The notes under the pieces are model-generated. The model did not search any database. It was not told the origin of the DNA and saw nothing but the letters and a program-made list of their open reading frames with translations. Source: an uncultured Methanosarcinales archaeon (GTDB lineage: Archaea; Nanobdellota; Nanobdellia; Woesearchaeales; CAXGTL01). Taken from it: DNA of 64,000 bases. This document shows positions 47,867-57,722 of the stretch, piece after piece (position 1 is the stretch's first letter; each line of letters begins with the position of its first letter). The stretch covers positions 88,155-152,154 of the forward strand of contig CAZYAB010000002.1 of assembly GCA_964645705.1 (NCBI GenBank), written 5' to 3'. Made by a program: the position numbers and the translations under genes.

Positions 47867-48853
47867 ATGCAACCAATAATTCAAGTAAAAAACCTGAAAA
47901 AAAGCTTTAAAATGTACAAAAGAGAAGCAGGATTATTCAGTGCATTCAAAAGCTTATTTATAAGAAAGCACAAGTTAGCTCATGCACTAAAAGGAATCAA
48001 TTTTGAAGTAGAAAAAGGCGAGATTTTGGGCTTTATAGGACCTAATGGTGCTGGTAAATCAACTACAATAAAAGCATTATCAGGCATACTCTATCCTAGC
48101 TCAGGCTTTATCAAGGTAATGAAATACACTCCTTGGAAAGACAGAGTTAGATATGTTAAACACATAGGTGTTGTATTTGGCCAAAAACACCAGCTACACT
48201 GGGATTTACCACCTTTAGACACATATTATCTAAATAAACAACTGTATAAAATCCCTGATAAAGCATTTAAAAGAAGATTAAGATATATGGTTAATTTGCT
48301 TGATCTTAAGGAAATAGTCAAAACACCTGTCAGAGACCTTTCATTAGGTGAACGTATGAAATGTAAATTAGTAGCAGCATTATTACACAATCCAAAGATA
48401 GTATTCCTAGATGAACCGACAATTGGTTTAGACGCAGTTGCAAAGCACAAGCTAAGAGAATTTGTTAAATATGTAAATACTAAATACAAGACAACTTTTA
48501 TCATAACAACTCATAATATGGATGATATTGAGAAACTTTGTAAAAGAATAGTAATCATAAACAATGGTGATATTGTATATGACGGACCATTAGATAAGAT
48601 AAAAAAGACATATGTTAAATACAAATTACTAGATGTTAAGTTTGATGAAAAAGCACCTAGCTTTAGGTTCCCTGGTTGTAAAGTAATTGACAAAGACAAG
48701 TATGAATTAAAGATAGAAGTAAATACAAAAAAACAATCAGTAAAAACAGTTGTTGATCACTTGATAAAACATTATCCATTTGAAGATTTGATAATAAGTG
48801 ATCCACCTATTGAAGAGATTATTCAATTGATTTATACTCAAAAGAGAGAATAG
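47867..48853 (+). CDS. ABC transporter ATP-binding protein
   Basis: 'GPNGAGKSTTIKALSG' (Walker A), 'LSLGERMKCKLVAALL' (signature), 'IVFLDEPTIGLD' (Walker B). Confidence 0.85.
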   Translation: MQPIIQVKNLKKSFKMYKREAGLFSAFKSLFIRKHKLAHALKGINFEVEKGEILGFIGPNGAGKSTTIKALSGILYPSSGFIKVMKYTPWKDRVRYVKHIGVVFGQKHQLHWDLPPLDTYYLNKQLYKIPDKAFKRRLRYMVNLLDLKEIVKTPVRDLSLGERMKCKLVAALLHNPKIVFLDEPTIGLDAVAKHKLREFVKYVNTKYKTTFIITTHNMDDIEKLCKRIVIINNGDIVYDGPLDKIKKTYVKYKLLDVKFDEKAPSFRFPGCKVIDKDKYELKIEVNTKKQSVKTVVDHLIKHYPFEDLIISDPPIEEIIQLIYTQKRE

Positions 48854-48863
48854 AATAAACAAA

Positions 48864-49664
48864 ATGAACATAAAAAAATACACAGGATTAATGAAGGTTG
48901 GATTTAAAGTAGCTTTAGCTTACAGATTCCACGGTTTAGTTTCAATAATCATGACTCCTATTTCATTGATTGTGTTTTATTTTTTATGGCAATCTATTTA
49001 TTCGTATACAGGTGAAACAATAATCAAAGGCTTTACATTTGAAGCATTGATAGGTTATTACGCACTTTCAATGATAATTGCATTTTTCACATGGAGCCAA
49101 GCAGATAAATGGTTGGAAAATGATATTAGGCACGGCCATCTAATCTTTAAACTATTACAACCAGTAAGCCATTGTTTGAATGAGTTTTTCATAGAACTTG
49201 GAATACACAGTTACACAGTATTAATAGAAACAATTCCAATCTTTTTGATAGGATATTTGTTTTTTTATGTACCACTGCAATCAATATCAACTATTGTATT
49301 ATTTTTTGTATCAGTAATAATGGCGGCAATCCTGTATTTCCAGTTTGCGTATTTTTTAGGATTATCAGCATTCTGGTTAAAAAGAATAGATGGCATTAGA
49401 AGAATGAGATCGCCATTAATAGCATTTTTATCAGGCGGAATACTACCATTAACATTTTTCCCAGCATGGTATACAAATGTACAACACTGGTTACCATTCC
49501 AATACATGAGATATGTGCCAATAATGATTTACTTAGAACAAGTTTCATTTAGCAATGTACTATTGTTATTGTTAGGCCAGTTTTTATGGATACTAGGTTT
49601 AGCATTTTTAATAAATATGATTTGGAAAATCGCATATAAGAAATTTTCAGGTGTAGGAACATGA
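48864..49664 (+). CDS. ABC-2 type transporter permease
   Basis: 6-TM hydrophobic protein immediately downstream of the ATPase. Confidence 0.55.
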   Translation: MNIKKYTGLMKVGFKVALAYRFHGLVSIIMTPISLIVFYFLWQSIYSYTGETIIKGFTFEALIGYYALSMIIAFFTWSQADKWLENDIRHGHLIFKLLQPVSHCLNEFFIELGIHSYTVLIETIPIFLIGYLFFYVPLQSISTIVLFFVSVIMAAILYFQFAYFLGLSAFWLKRIDGIRRMRSPLIAFLSGGILPLTFFPAWYTNVQHWLPFQYMRYVPIMIYLEQVSFSNVLLLLLGQFLWILGLAFLINMIWKIAYKKFSGVGT

Positions 49665-50443
49665 GATACTTAAAAATATTTTGGAAATTCGTAAGCCTTG
49701 ATTTAAGTAGTGAGTTTAGGTATAAGCTTAACATAGTTATGAAATTCCTTAGCTTGATTGTAATGGATTTCATAGGTCCATTGATTGCATTACTTATATA
49801 TTCAAACACACTAGGTATACCTGGATGGACATTGTATGAGTTTTTATTATTCCAAGGTACACTTACATTAGTATTAGGACTAGGCCATTCATTTGCATTT
49901 AGGTTTGCTTGGGAAGTAATGGACATGGTAAGAAATGGCGAATTAGACAAGGTAATGGTCAAACCATTAAAACCATTAACATATCTAATGTTAGGATCAT
50001 TCAATTTTCCAGGAATGGCAGAAATATTTGCAGGATTAGTCATAATTATATATGCATTATTAAACCTTAACCTTGGATTTACACTAAATTACATACCTTA
50101 TATAGCATTCATATTATTAGCAGTATTATTCCAGTTTGGGGTTGCAACATTGATTTCAGCATCTTCGATCTTATTTATCAAATCATGGGCATTGTTTGAT
50201 ATTTGGATGCATATGATTAATTTTGCTAGATATCCATCTATCATATTTAGCGTAGCTATCAGGTTTTTGATAACATTCATATTTCCAGTAGCAATTGCAT
50301 CATTTTACCCAGCAGCAGCATTATTAGGCAGATTATCATTAGCAGAAACATTATTGCCTATGTTAGCTGTAATCTTGTTTTATATAGTTTCAAGACTATT
50401 ATGGTATTTAGCAATGAAGAAATATACTAGTGCTGGAGGTTGA
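49661..50443 (+). CDS. ABC-2 type transporter permease (second subunit)
   Basis: 6-TM protein overlapping the previous gene by 4 nt. Confidence 0.55.
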   Translation: MRYLKIFWKFVSLDLSSEFRYKLNIVMKFLSLIVMDFIGPLIALLIYSNTLGIPGWTLYEFLLFQGTLTLVLGLGHSFAFRFAWEVMDMVRNGELDKVMVKPLKPLTYLMLGSFNFPGMAEIFAGLVIIIYALLNLNLGFTLNYIPYIAFILLAVLFQFGVATLISASSILFIKSWALFDIWMHMINFARYPSIIFSVAIRFLITFIFPVAIASFYPAAALLGRLSLAETLLPMLAVILFYIVSRLLWYLAMKKYTSAGG

Positions 50444-50527
50444 ATACTTTTTTTCTTATTTTTATAATTTATATATTCTCTAATTACATAAAGCTTATAT
50501 AAATTAAATAAATAAAATATAATTGGG

Positions 50528-51607
50528 GTGATTTATATGAAAGATAAAATTCAAGAAATTATTGATTCTGAACTTAGAAAAATAAGTTTTGGTACGCCAC
50601 AGATTGATCAAAATCATGGTTTAGTAGTAGTTCCTGCTATAAGAGAAATAAGAAATCCAGGTTTTAAGGTCTTGTCAAGAAATCTTAGAACTTCTGAACA
50701 TGGAGATGGATATGTTCATATTTGTGAACCAGGAAACATAGGTAACCAAAGTTGGTATCATAATCTTTGTTTTAAGAATTTTTATGATTCTCCTATTTTG
50801 ATTCCACAAGGTCTTACATTAAAAGGAGGCGATCAAGATAGAATGGTAATTGTTTCTGTATTTATTCAAGCAGGAAATATCAATGTTCCAGTAACTGTAA
50901 ATGTTAATGTAAATTGTATAGAACAAGGCAGAAGCAAAGGAGGTCATCCATTCACAATAGGAGGATATGGTATCCAAAGTATTCGATTAAGACAATCAGT
51001 AGACACATTATTAGGTGCTTTTGAACAAGGAAACTATGATCCTGATGATAGTCAAGGTAGTGTTTGGGGAGACATAAGCTCTCTTGGTTATGGACAGGAT
51101 AGTATGCATAGAATCTATAAAGAAAAAGAAAAAGAATTAGAAGAGCTTATGCAAACATTTCCTCAAGAAAAGAACCAGATAGGTTATATTGTTTATTATA
51201 ATGGTGTAACAAGCTTTGAATTCTATGGAAAAAGATTAAGTTCAAGCCAGCACAAAGATATACTTGGTTCTTATATAATTCATGCAATACTTAATCCAAA
51301 TGGTTCTGGGCAAAGATTATCTGCAGACCAAGTAAGAAACATAACTTCGCAATTAACAAATGTTAAATCAATTAGCATGTCAAGTGAAAATACAGGCATG
51401 CATGATTTAAGATTTAGTTTAAGCGAACAAGGAATTATAGGCAATGCTAGTTTAGTTGATGAAAATTTAATTCATCTATCTGCTACAAGAGTAATGGAAG
51501 AGAGTTATATAAACAAATCAGTAATAAATAGCATAAAAAATGCTTGTAAACAAGTAGAAATAGAATATGAGAAAAAAGTAAAATCCGCATTTGTACCAAC
51601 ATATTAA
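50528..51607 (+). CDS. hypothetical protein
   Basis: ORF with a 'GGGGTGA' RBS. No recognised motif. Confidence 0.4.
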   Translation: MIYMKDKIQEIIDSELRKISFGTPQIDQNHGLVVVPAIREIRNPGFKVLSRNLRTSEHGDGYVHICEPGNIGNQSWYHNLCFKNFYDSPILIPQGLTLKGGDQDRMVIVSVFIQAGNINVPVTVNVNVNCIEQGRSKGGHPFTIGGYGIQSIRLRQSVDTLLGAFEQGNYDPDDSQGSVWGDISSLGYGQDSMHRIYKEKEKELEELMQTFPQEKNQIGYIVYYNGVTSFEFYGKRLSSSQHKDILGSYIIHAILNPNGSGQRLSADQVRNITSQLTNVKSISMSSENTGMHDLRFSLSEQGIIGNASLVDENLIHLSATRVMEESYINKSVINSIKNACKQVEIEYEKKVKSAFVPTY

Positions 51608-51612
51608 ATTTT

Positions 51613-52365
51613 TTATTCTTTTTTTATTATTCCTTGAATAAAACTATCTAATTGTTCATATTTGTCTAATCTATCTTTTTTCTCATAAAAACTTTTTAAA
51701 ACCCATCTCATTGTTTTTTTTAGATTATTAAAATTGCTGAAGTAAATAAACTTTTTATAATCAACCTGGTGATTTTGTTGTATTTGTTTTTTCATTACAC
51801 CATCTGATTTAGAAATTACAAAAACATTTTTTAGATTTAGAGTAATTTCTTTTTTTGCTACATCTCTTAATTGATCAACAATTATTTCTGTAATATTACC
51901 ATAAGCTGCCACTAGATAATTATTTTTTTTATAACTTAAAAGAACTGCTAGATTTGTGCCTTCAGTAACTTTAGTATTATAAGGCTCAGAATGCAGACCG
52001 CTTCTCATGATTATATTGCTTACCTCTCTTTTTGTGTCTAGATCTTCTAATGTTTTTAATTTATTATTATATCCTGTAGTTGATTTAATCAATTTTTCAA
52101 GGTTTTTATTAGAAATACTTGATGATGGTAAACCAAAACCTCTTCCAAAAAAAGAAGCAGCTACTGCTGTTGCTAATATTAATATTCCTTCTGTTATGTA
52201 TATTGCTGGCTCTGTAAGAGAATTAGGATCTTGTACAAAGCTTGGTACTGCATGAAGGCCTTTATAAAGCCCAAATGTTCCTAAAGCCACAGAAATATAA
52301 TTGCATGCTGTTTGATAAGGATTTATACCTTGTAAAGATTCTGTTATTCTTGATATTAATGTCAT
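51613..52365 (-). CDS. hypothetical protein (N-terminal hydrophobic region)
   Basis: ORF. Confidence 0.35.
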   Translation of the reverse strand: MTLISRITESLQGINPYQTACNYISVALGTFGLYKGLHAVPSFVQDPNSLTEPAIYITEGILILATAVAASFFGRGFGLPSSSISNKNLEKLIKSTTGYNNKLKTLEDLDTKREVSNIIMRSGLHSEPYNTKVTEGTNLAVLLSYKKNNYLVAAYGNITEIIVDQLRDVAKKEITLNLKNVFVISKSDGVMKKQIQQNHQVDYKKFIYFSNFNNLKKTMRWVLKSFYEKKDRLDKYEQLDSFIQGIIKKE

Positions 52366-52655
52366 TTATATAGTGTTTTTTCGAATAATGTTTTTAAGCA
52401 TTTATAGTTTTTATTATATATACAAAAGTTTTATTATAAGCATAAAGCTTTAAATATTATTTTCATATACTTTATAAACAAAAGCTTTATATATATGGTT
52501 TACCTTATAAGTAATTAAAATTGAGAATTAGACAAAGTTCTAGTGAAGATTCGTGTGAGGATGAAGTTTCAGATAGTGATGAGGTTGCTTTTCTTGAACA
52601 AAAATATAGAAAAAAAATCTTTTCCTTTTCAAAAGACTGGTAATTCTATTTGATT

Positions 52656-53276
52656 TTAGCTATTAATTGGCTTAAATGTCTTTATAATGTGTTCATAAAC
52701 ATCATGACTATCACATTCTTTATAATAACAATTATAAGTCATTGTGTATAATTTATCAAATCCTATTGCCATTATTTGGTTAAATTCTGTCTTCTTATTT
52801 TCTATTATTACTGTGTATTGTATTTTATAGCCTTTTATAGAACCAAAAAGTATTTCAGAAGATTCTTGTGTTATTTTCAAATCATTCATTGTTTTTTTAT
52901 TAAGCTCAATTCCTTGATCTAATAGTTCTTTTAGATCATATGCTGCATCTTTGCCAATATGAGCAACAATAATATTTATGCTTTCAAGATTTTCTACATC
53001 ATCACGCATGTATACAAACATGTTTTCTGTTATCTTGTTTTCTTTCCAATTATCTGGCAACATTAATTTAAAATGTTTATTAGAAAATGTTATTAGGTTG
53101 CCTAGATCTTGCACTTGTCCAATTTCATCAACTCCATTCTGAATTTCTTCACTTAATTCTTCAACAGGTTCTTGGTATGTTGTGCCGCACCCTGTTAAGA
53201 AAAACAATAATATTATTAAGCAAAATATTTTTTTATACATTTTATTCATCACCTTCAAATCTTTGATTTGTTTCAC
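52656..53276 (-). CDS. lipoprotein (lipobox 'LTGCG'). The true start is probably the internal Met 'MNKMYKK'
   Basis: 'IFCLIILLFFLTGCGTT'. Confidence 0.5.
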   Translation of the reverse strand: MKQIKDLKVMNKMYKKIFCLIILLFFLTGCGTTYQEPVEELSEEIQNGVDEIGQVQDLGNLITFSNKHFKLMLPDNWKENKITENMFVYMRDDVENLESINIIVAHIGKDAAYDLKELLDQGIELNKKTMNDLKITQESSEILFGSIKGYKIQYTVIIENKKTEFNQIMAIGFDKLYTMTYNCYYKECDSHDVYEHIIKTFKPINS

Positions 53277-53827
53277 CTTTTGTTTATTCTTTTTAATAAT
53301 TGTTTTAAATTTTGTTTTCCTGTCTTTGTTTTAAACTTAGACATTCTTACATTTTTAAATTTTTCTAAAAATCTCATATAATCTTTTTTATTTATTGATG
53401 GTTTTAGTTTTTTATGATCTATCTGTGACAAAGAATCTGCTTCCATAACCATTATTTCATGTTTTTTCTTTATCTTTTTCATATTATCATGTATCTTTAT
53501 TAAATGGGCAATCATTTTTATTTGTTTTTTTGTATAATTTAATCTTTTTAATATTTTCTTTGCTAGTTTTGCGCCAACTATCATGTGCTTTTTCTTTAAT
53601 GCTAATCTGTCATCAAGACTATAATCATTTTTCAAAAATTTTCCATAACCAATATCGTGCAGATACATTGTTGTTACAAGTATCTTTTCATCACCGCCTT
53701 CTTTTTTTATTATTTTCCTCATCCATTCAGCAGAAAGAATACTATGCTTATAAGTCCAATTCTTTTTATCAAAGTAATTTCCAAGAACTTTTATTAATTT
53801 TTGTTCTGTTTTTTTATCTAGTTCCAT
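53273..53827 (-). CDS. HD-domain phosphohydrolase
   Basis: 'TMYLHDIGY' is an HD motif. There is a further 'H...D' downstream. Confidence 0.6.
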   Translation of the reverse strand: MELDKKTEQKLIKVLGNYFDKKNWTYKHSILSAEWMRKIIKKEGGDEKILVTTMYLHDIGYGKFLKNDYSLDDRLALKKKHMIVGAKLAKKILKRLNYTKKQIKMIAHLIKIHDNMKKIKKKHEIMVMEADSLSQIDHKKLKPSINKKDYMRFLEKFKNVRMSKFKTKTGKQNLKQLLKRINKR

Positions 53828-53949
53828 ATTATGATTTATGTCCTTTGACTATAAAAACCTTTTCGTGAATTTTACGATATTTTCAGCACTAGACATATAT
53901 TCTCTATTACATAATTAAATAAATACACTCAGATAATCCCTATATAAAA

Positions 53950-54453
53950 ATGAAACAAATAGATTCATTAGAAGACTTAGCAATAATTATGAAGTATGTT
54001 GAACCATCTAGATTGTTTATTGAGCTTTCACAACCAAAACAACAGTGCAAAATAAATGTTTCTGAAAAATCAATTTCGATTTTAGCAGGATTTGATGAAT
54101 ATGTTGAATTGCCAGCAGATTGTGGTTTAAATAATAAAGAGACAAGATTAAACACTCTTTATTATGGTTGCATGGTTTATGAAAATAATGGTTGTTCACA
54201 AAAAGATTGCGCAGAATATAGGAACTTTGTTTCAAATAAAGAATATTTAGAATTGATTATTGACATGTTTAGAACAGTATTAGAAGGAGATATTTCTATT
54301 GATTATAAAGTAAAGGCAGGTGACAAGTGTGTTTTCTTACCATGTGCCAGTATTGAGTCTGCTCATTTATCTAATAAAAAAAATTGGTTAGAAATTGCAA
54401 AATCAATAACAGACGTGTATGATACTGGTGTTAGAATTTATATTAGTTATTAG
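53950..54453 (+). CDS. hypothetical Cys-containing protein
   Basis: ORF. Confidence 0.35.
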   Translation: MKQIDSLEDLAIIMKYVEPSRLFIELSQPKQQCKINVSEKSISILAGFDEYVELPADCGLNNKETRLNTLYYGCMVYENNGCSQKDCAEYRNFVSNKEYLELIIDMFRTVLEGDISIDYKVKAGDKCVFLPCASIESAHLSNKKNWLEIAKSITDVYDTGVRIYISY

Positions 54454-55582
54454 AACTTTTTATAAACTTCTCAAGATCATAATCTTTTCTTATCAAATCT
54501 TCTAAAGAAACTAAGTAAATGCCTAAACCATTGTCTTGTGCTTTTTCTGCTTCTTTTTTTGCATCATCTGAAAATGACACAGCTATCAAAAAACCATTTC
54601 CAATACTACTTTCTTCTGGTTGATTACTCACAACACCTATTAATTCTCTTACATCTTTAACACTTACTGGTTTTTCTTTGTTTTGTTTAACAGAAATACA
54701 ATACTTAGGATTATTAGCAGGATATAATCCGTCTATTCCTCCGTCCCTAGTCTTTTTAGGTGATTGTTGTGAACCTGTCATGTCGCAAAGATAATCTTGA
54801 TATTCTAATGGATGCAGTCTTAATAATCTTTTCATGTTTAGTTTTGCTCTTCTTATCTCTAGGTCAAGTCCATAGTCCAATGATTTGATTTGTTTTTTTA
54901 GATTGTCGCATTTTTCAGAATAAATATTAATTGCAACACCCTTTCTGCCTAGTCTAAGAACAGTTTCAATAAATTGAATATCACCGCACATAGGATCAAC
55001 TACTTTTTGTCCTTTATTTGAACTGAGCAATGTTATTATTTCATATAAAGTAGGTATGTCTACATCCCAAACATCTCCTGTTTTTTTTAGATCATATTTT
55101 GATAAGATGTTTTTATTATAAACAACCTTGTTTTTATCTTTTCTTCTGTCTAGTTTAACATAACAATGTATTACATCATGTCCTGTGTGGGGTTTGTCAG
55201 GCCTTGGTAAAATAATTCTATTTCTGTAATTCCTCTTATCAAAAACTTTGTCTGTTACTAATTTGATTTCTTCTGCAAAATCTTCACAATGAACATAATA
55301 AGTTCCGCCTGTTCTTAATCCTATTCTAAATTGTCTTGCTCTTTCCATGTACCAGTCTAAGTATGGTTCAATATCTCCTTTGTCCAGTGCTTTGAAAACC
55401 TTTTCAGATAATTCATCATATGGATAATCTTGTTTGTATGTGTGAGGAGGATTTGCATATATTAGATTGATACCTTTTCTATTGTCTCCTGCTGGAAAAT
55501 ATTGTCTAAGAACATCAATACAGTCTCCGCAATTGATTATGTGTTTTTGTGTTTTTGGTTTTCTTTGTCTTCTATTTCCCAT
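54443..55582 (-). CDS. beta-class DNA amino-methyltransferase (N4-C or N6-A: motif IV 'NPPH' precedes motif I 'VVDPMCGD') with a C-terminal PD-(D/E)xK-like domain
   Basis: 'INLIYANPPHTY' and 'QKVVDPMCGDIQF'. The C-terminus has 'DGGIDGLYP...YCISVKQNKEK'. Confidence 0.65.
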   Translation of the reverse strand: MGNRRQRKPKTQKHIINCGDCIDVLRQYFPAGDNRKGINLIYANPPHTYKQDYPYDELSEKVFKALDKGDIEPYLDWYMERARQFRIGLRTGGTYYVHCEDFAEEIKLVTDKVFDKRNYRNRIILPRPDKPHTGHDVIHCYVKLDRRKDKNKVVYNKNILSKYDLKKTGDVWDVDIPTLYEIITLLSSNKGQKVVDPMCGDIQFIETVLRLGRKGVAINIYSEKCDNLKKQIKSLDYGLDLEIRRAKLNMKRLLRLHPLEYQDYLCDMTGSQQSPKKTRDGGIDGLYPANNPKYCISVKQNKEKPVSVKDVRELIGVVSNQPEESSIGNGFLIAVSFSDDAKKEAEKAQDNGLGIYLVSLEDLIRKDYDLEKFIKSSNN

Positions 55583-55717
55583 TACTCAGAGGGTGTGTTG
55601 CTATATATATAAATATTCATAGACTGTAGAATAGAGAATATAAATGTTTATAAATTAGAAAACCCTCCTGAGTAAAAAAGTAGTTCTTATAATAATAATC
55701 ACGAGGCGAACGTAAAA

Positions 55718-56869
55718 ATGGAAATAAATCAAATGTACTGGGAATTTGGAATGATTCATAAAATTGGATTGAGTTTACAAGAAGGGCATGTTCATGTAAA
55801 AGAGATTGTAGATACAATAGATCAAAGAATTTCTGATTCAAAAAAGGAGTATGAATCATTTTCAAAAGAAAAATCAGATGAATTATCTAGGTGTGAAAGT
55901 TCAATAGAAAAAATAACTAAAGATTTTAAGAGGTTTTATCTTCATTCGTTAATTCCATTATTTGAAGTAGCTTATGATATTTTAAAGAATTATCCAGATC
56001 AAGAATATTTTTTAACACAAAACAAAAGAAATTTGGATGAAAGAAATAATGATTATAATGAACCAAAATATATCTTCTATTTCTTGTCTAATAAAGTGGG
56101 TACAGGAATATTTTCTAGGAAATCTGAAGTGCCTAATGATAAGTTAGAACCTGTTATTTATGATGTAACTGATAAAGTACTTATGCCTATAGAGTTAATA
56201 GCACAATTTGGAAAAAAAGAAGAGAGTGTTGACCTAGCATATTCTAGGCTTATTTCTTTTATCAAAGAAAACATTTCTAAAGTTGAATTAAGTGATGAAA
56301 TAAATAATAATTTTGAAGAAATTTATAATAAGGAACAACAATTACAAAAAGATATTGAAGATAATAAACAAAGAACTATAGAGATAAATAAAGAAATAAA
56401 AGATTCAAAACAACAACATGATTTGTTTTTGGAACAGGAATTAAAAGAAATGTCACAATACAAAGAATTATTGCCACAAGAGGAGCACCAGGCTGAGAAA
56501 CATTATCTTCGTTCATTGTCTCAACTTTATGAAATTTCATGTTATATAATTGATAATTTATCTAATTTTGAGGATTATGCTTTAACACAAAGACAGATTT
56601 CTATAGAAGAGAGAGGAGGGAATATTTCAAAACCTAATTTCGCAACTTATCATTTGTCTAAGAAATATGTAACAAAATTATTTAAACATATGTTTGGACT
56701 AAGTATGGCTGAAAAAAAACCACAAAATCATGGTGATGAATCAATAACAATTTTGGAATTAATAGCAGAAATAGGAATAGAAGAGGAAAATGTTAAAGAA
56801 ACTTATGATCGATTAATTGCTCTGATTCAAGAAAATATACAGGAAATAGAAAAAAACAAAAAACCTTAA
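55718..56869 (+). CDS. hypothetical coiled-coil protein with an internal two-fold duplication
   Basis: 'YSRLISFIKENISKVE' and 'YDRLIALIQENIQEIE'. Also 'YLHSLIPLFEVAYDIL' and 'YLRSLSQLYEISCYII'. Confidence 0.4.
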   Translation: MEINQMYWEFGMIHKIGLSLQEGHVHVKEIVDTIDQRISDSKKEYESFSKEKSDELSRCESSIEKITKDFKRFYLHSLIPLFEVAYDILKNYPDQEYFLTQNKRNLDERNNDYNEPKYIFYFLSNKVGTGIFSRKSEVPNDKLEPVIYDVTDKVLMPIELIAQFGKKEESVDLAYSRLISFIKENISKVELSDEINNNFEEIYNKEQQLQKDIEDNKQRTIEINKEIKDSKQQHDLFLEQELKEMSQYKELLPQEEHQAEKHYLRSLSQLYEISCYIIDNLSNFEDYALTQRQISIEERGGNISKPNFATYHLSKKYVTKLFKHMFGLSMAEKKPQNHGDESITILELIAEIGIEEENVKETYDRLIALIQENIQEIEKNKKP

Positions 56870-57300
56870 CTAACTTCCAAAACCTTAATATTAAAAGTCA
56901 GATTCTTTCCAGCCAAAGGATGATTCAGATCAATTGTAACTTCTGTTTCACCGATTTCAACAATCTTAGCAGGAAACTGTCTTCCGTCTTGTGACGCAAA
57001 CATTAACATCATTCCTGGCTTTGGTTCTGGTTCTTTTGGTAATTTATCTTTTGGTAGTTTTTGAATTAATTTAGGATTAGAATGTCCATAAGCTTGTTCA
57101 GGTGTTAGTTTGAATGTCTTTTCTTCACCTTTTTCCATGCCAATTACAGCTTCATCAAACCCTTTTATAACTTTTCCAGCACCAACTTCAAATTCCAAAG
57201 GATGAGAATGATCACCATGCTTTGATGAGTCAAATACTGTTCCATCATCTAGTTTACCTTCATAATCAAGTTTTACTTTATCGCCTTTCTTAATTGCCAT
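56866..57300 (-). CDS. FKBP-type peptidyl-prolyl cis-trans isomerase (SlyD-like with inserted flap domain)
   Basis: 'KKGDKVKLDYEGKLDDGTVFDSS' ... 'HPLAGKNLTFNIKVLEV'. Confidence 0.75.
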   Translation of the reverse strand: MAIKKGDKVKLDYEGKLDDGTVFDSSKHGDHSHPLEFEVGAGKVIKGFDEAVIGMEKGEEKTFKLTPEQAYGHSNPKLIQKLPKDKLPKEPEPKPGMMLMFASQDGRQFPAKIVEIGETEVTIDLNHPLAGKNLTFNIKVLEVS

Positions 57301-57387
57301 ATTGTTTTGCCTCCTATATAAGTTATTTATCTGAATAATTTGTGTCGCTTTATAAGCCTTTGTGTTGTTTTTATATATAGAATTAGT

Positions 57388-57630
57388 TTATTTTACTTTT
57401 TCATAACATCTACTTCTCATATAATCATCAGAAATAAGATTACATATTGTTTCATCTTGTTCTAGTTCAGCTAAATCAGTCAAACAATCAGCTCTTTCAA
57501 CATAATTATTTAGACTAAGACAATTATTGATTTGAACTTGAGAAATATCAGTCACAATTTCGCCTGTATAACCAGGATAACAACCTGTTAAAAACAAAGT
57601 ACAAATCATTAAAATTATTATCATTTTCAT
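57388..57630 (-). CDS. small secreted Cys-containing protein
   Basis: Signal peptide followed by a lipobox-like 'LTGCY'. Confidence 0.35.
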   Translation of the reverse strand: MKMIIILMICTLFLTGCYPGYTGEIVTDISQVQINNCLSLNNYVERADCLTDLAELEQDETICNLISDDYMRSRCYEKVK

Positions 57631-57722
57631 TCTTTACAATATGGTAAAAATCATCATTAATAAATTAATTTAATATGAATCCGGAAGAATCACGGAGGCA
57701 CAATTCTTCAAAAAACAAGAAA

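Noticed and set aside
52366-52655. Repeated 'AAAGCTT(T)ATA(T)A' boxes in the AT-rich 290-bp gap (also at ~50490), considered as promoter BRE/TATA elements or an ncRNA
   Set aside because: In a ~30% GC genome these TATA-like strings are expected frequently. There is no dyad symmetry or extended conservation comparable to the ATSATTAATATTAATSAT element.
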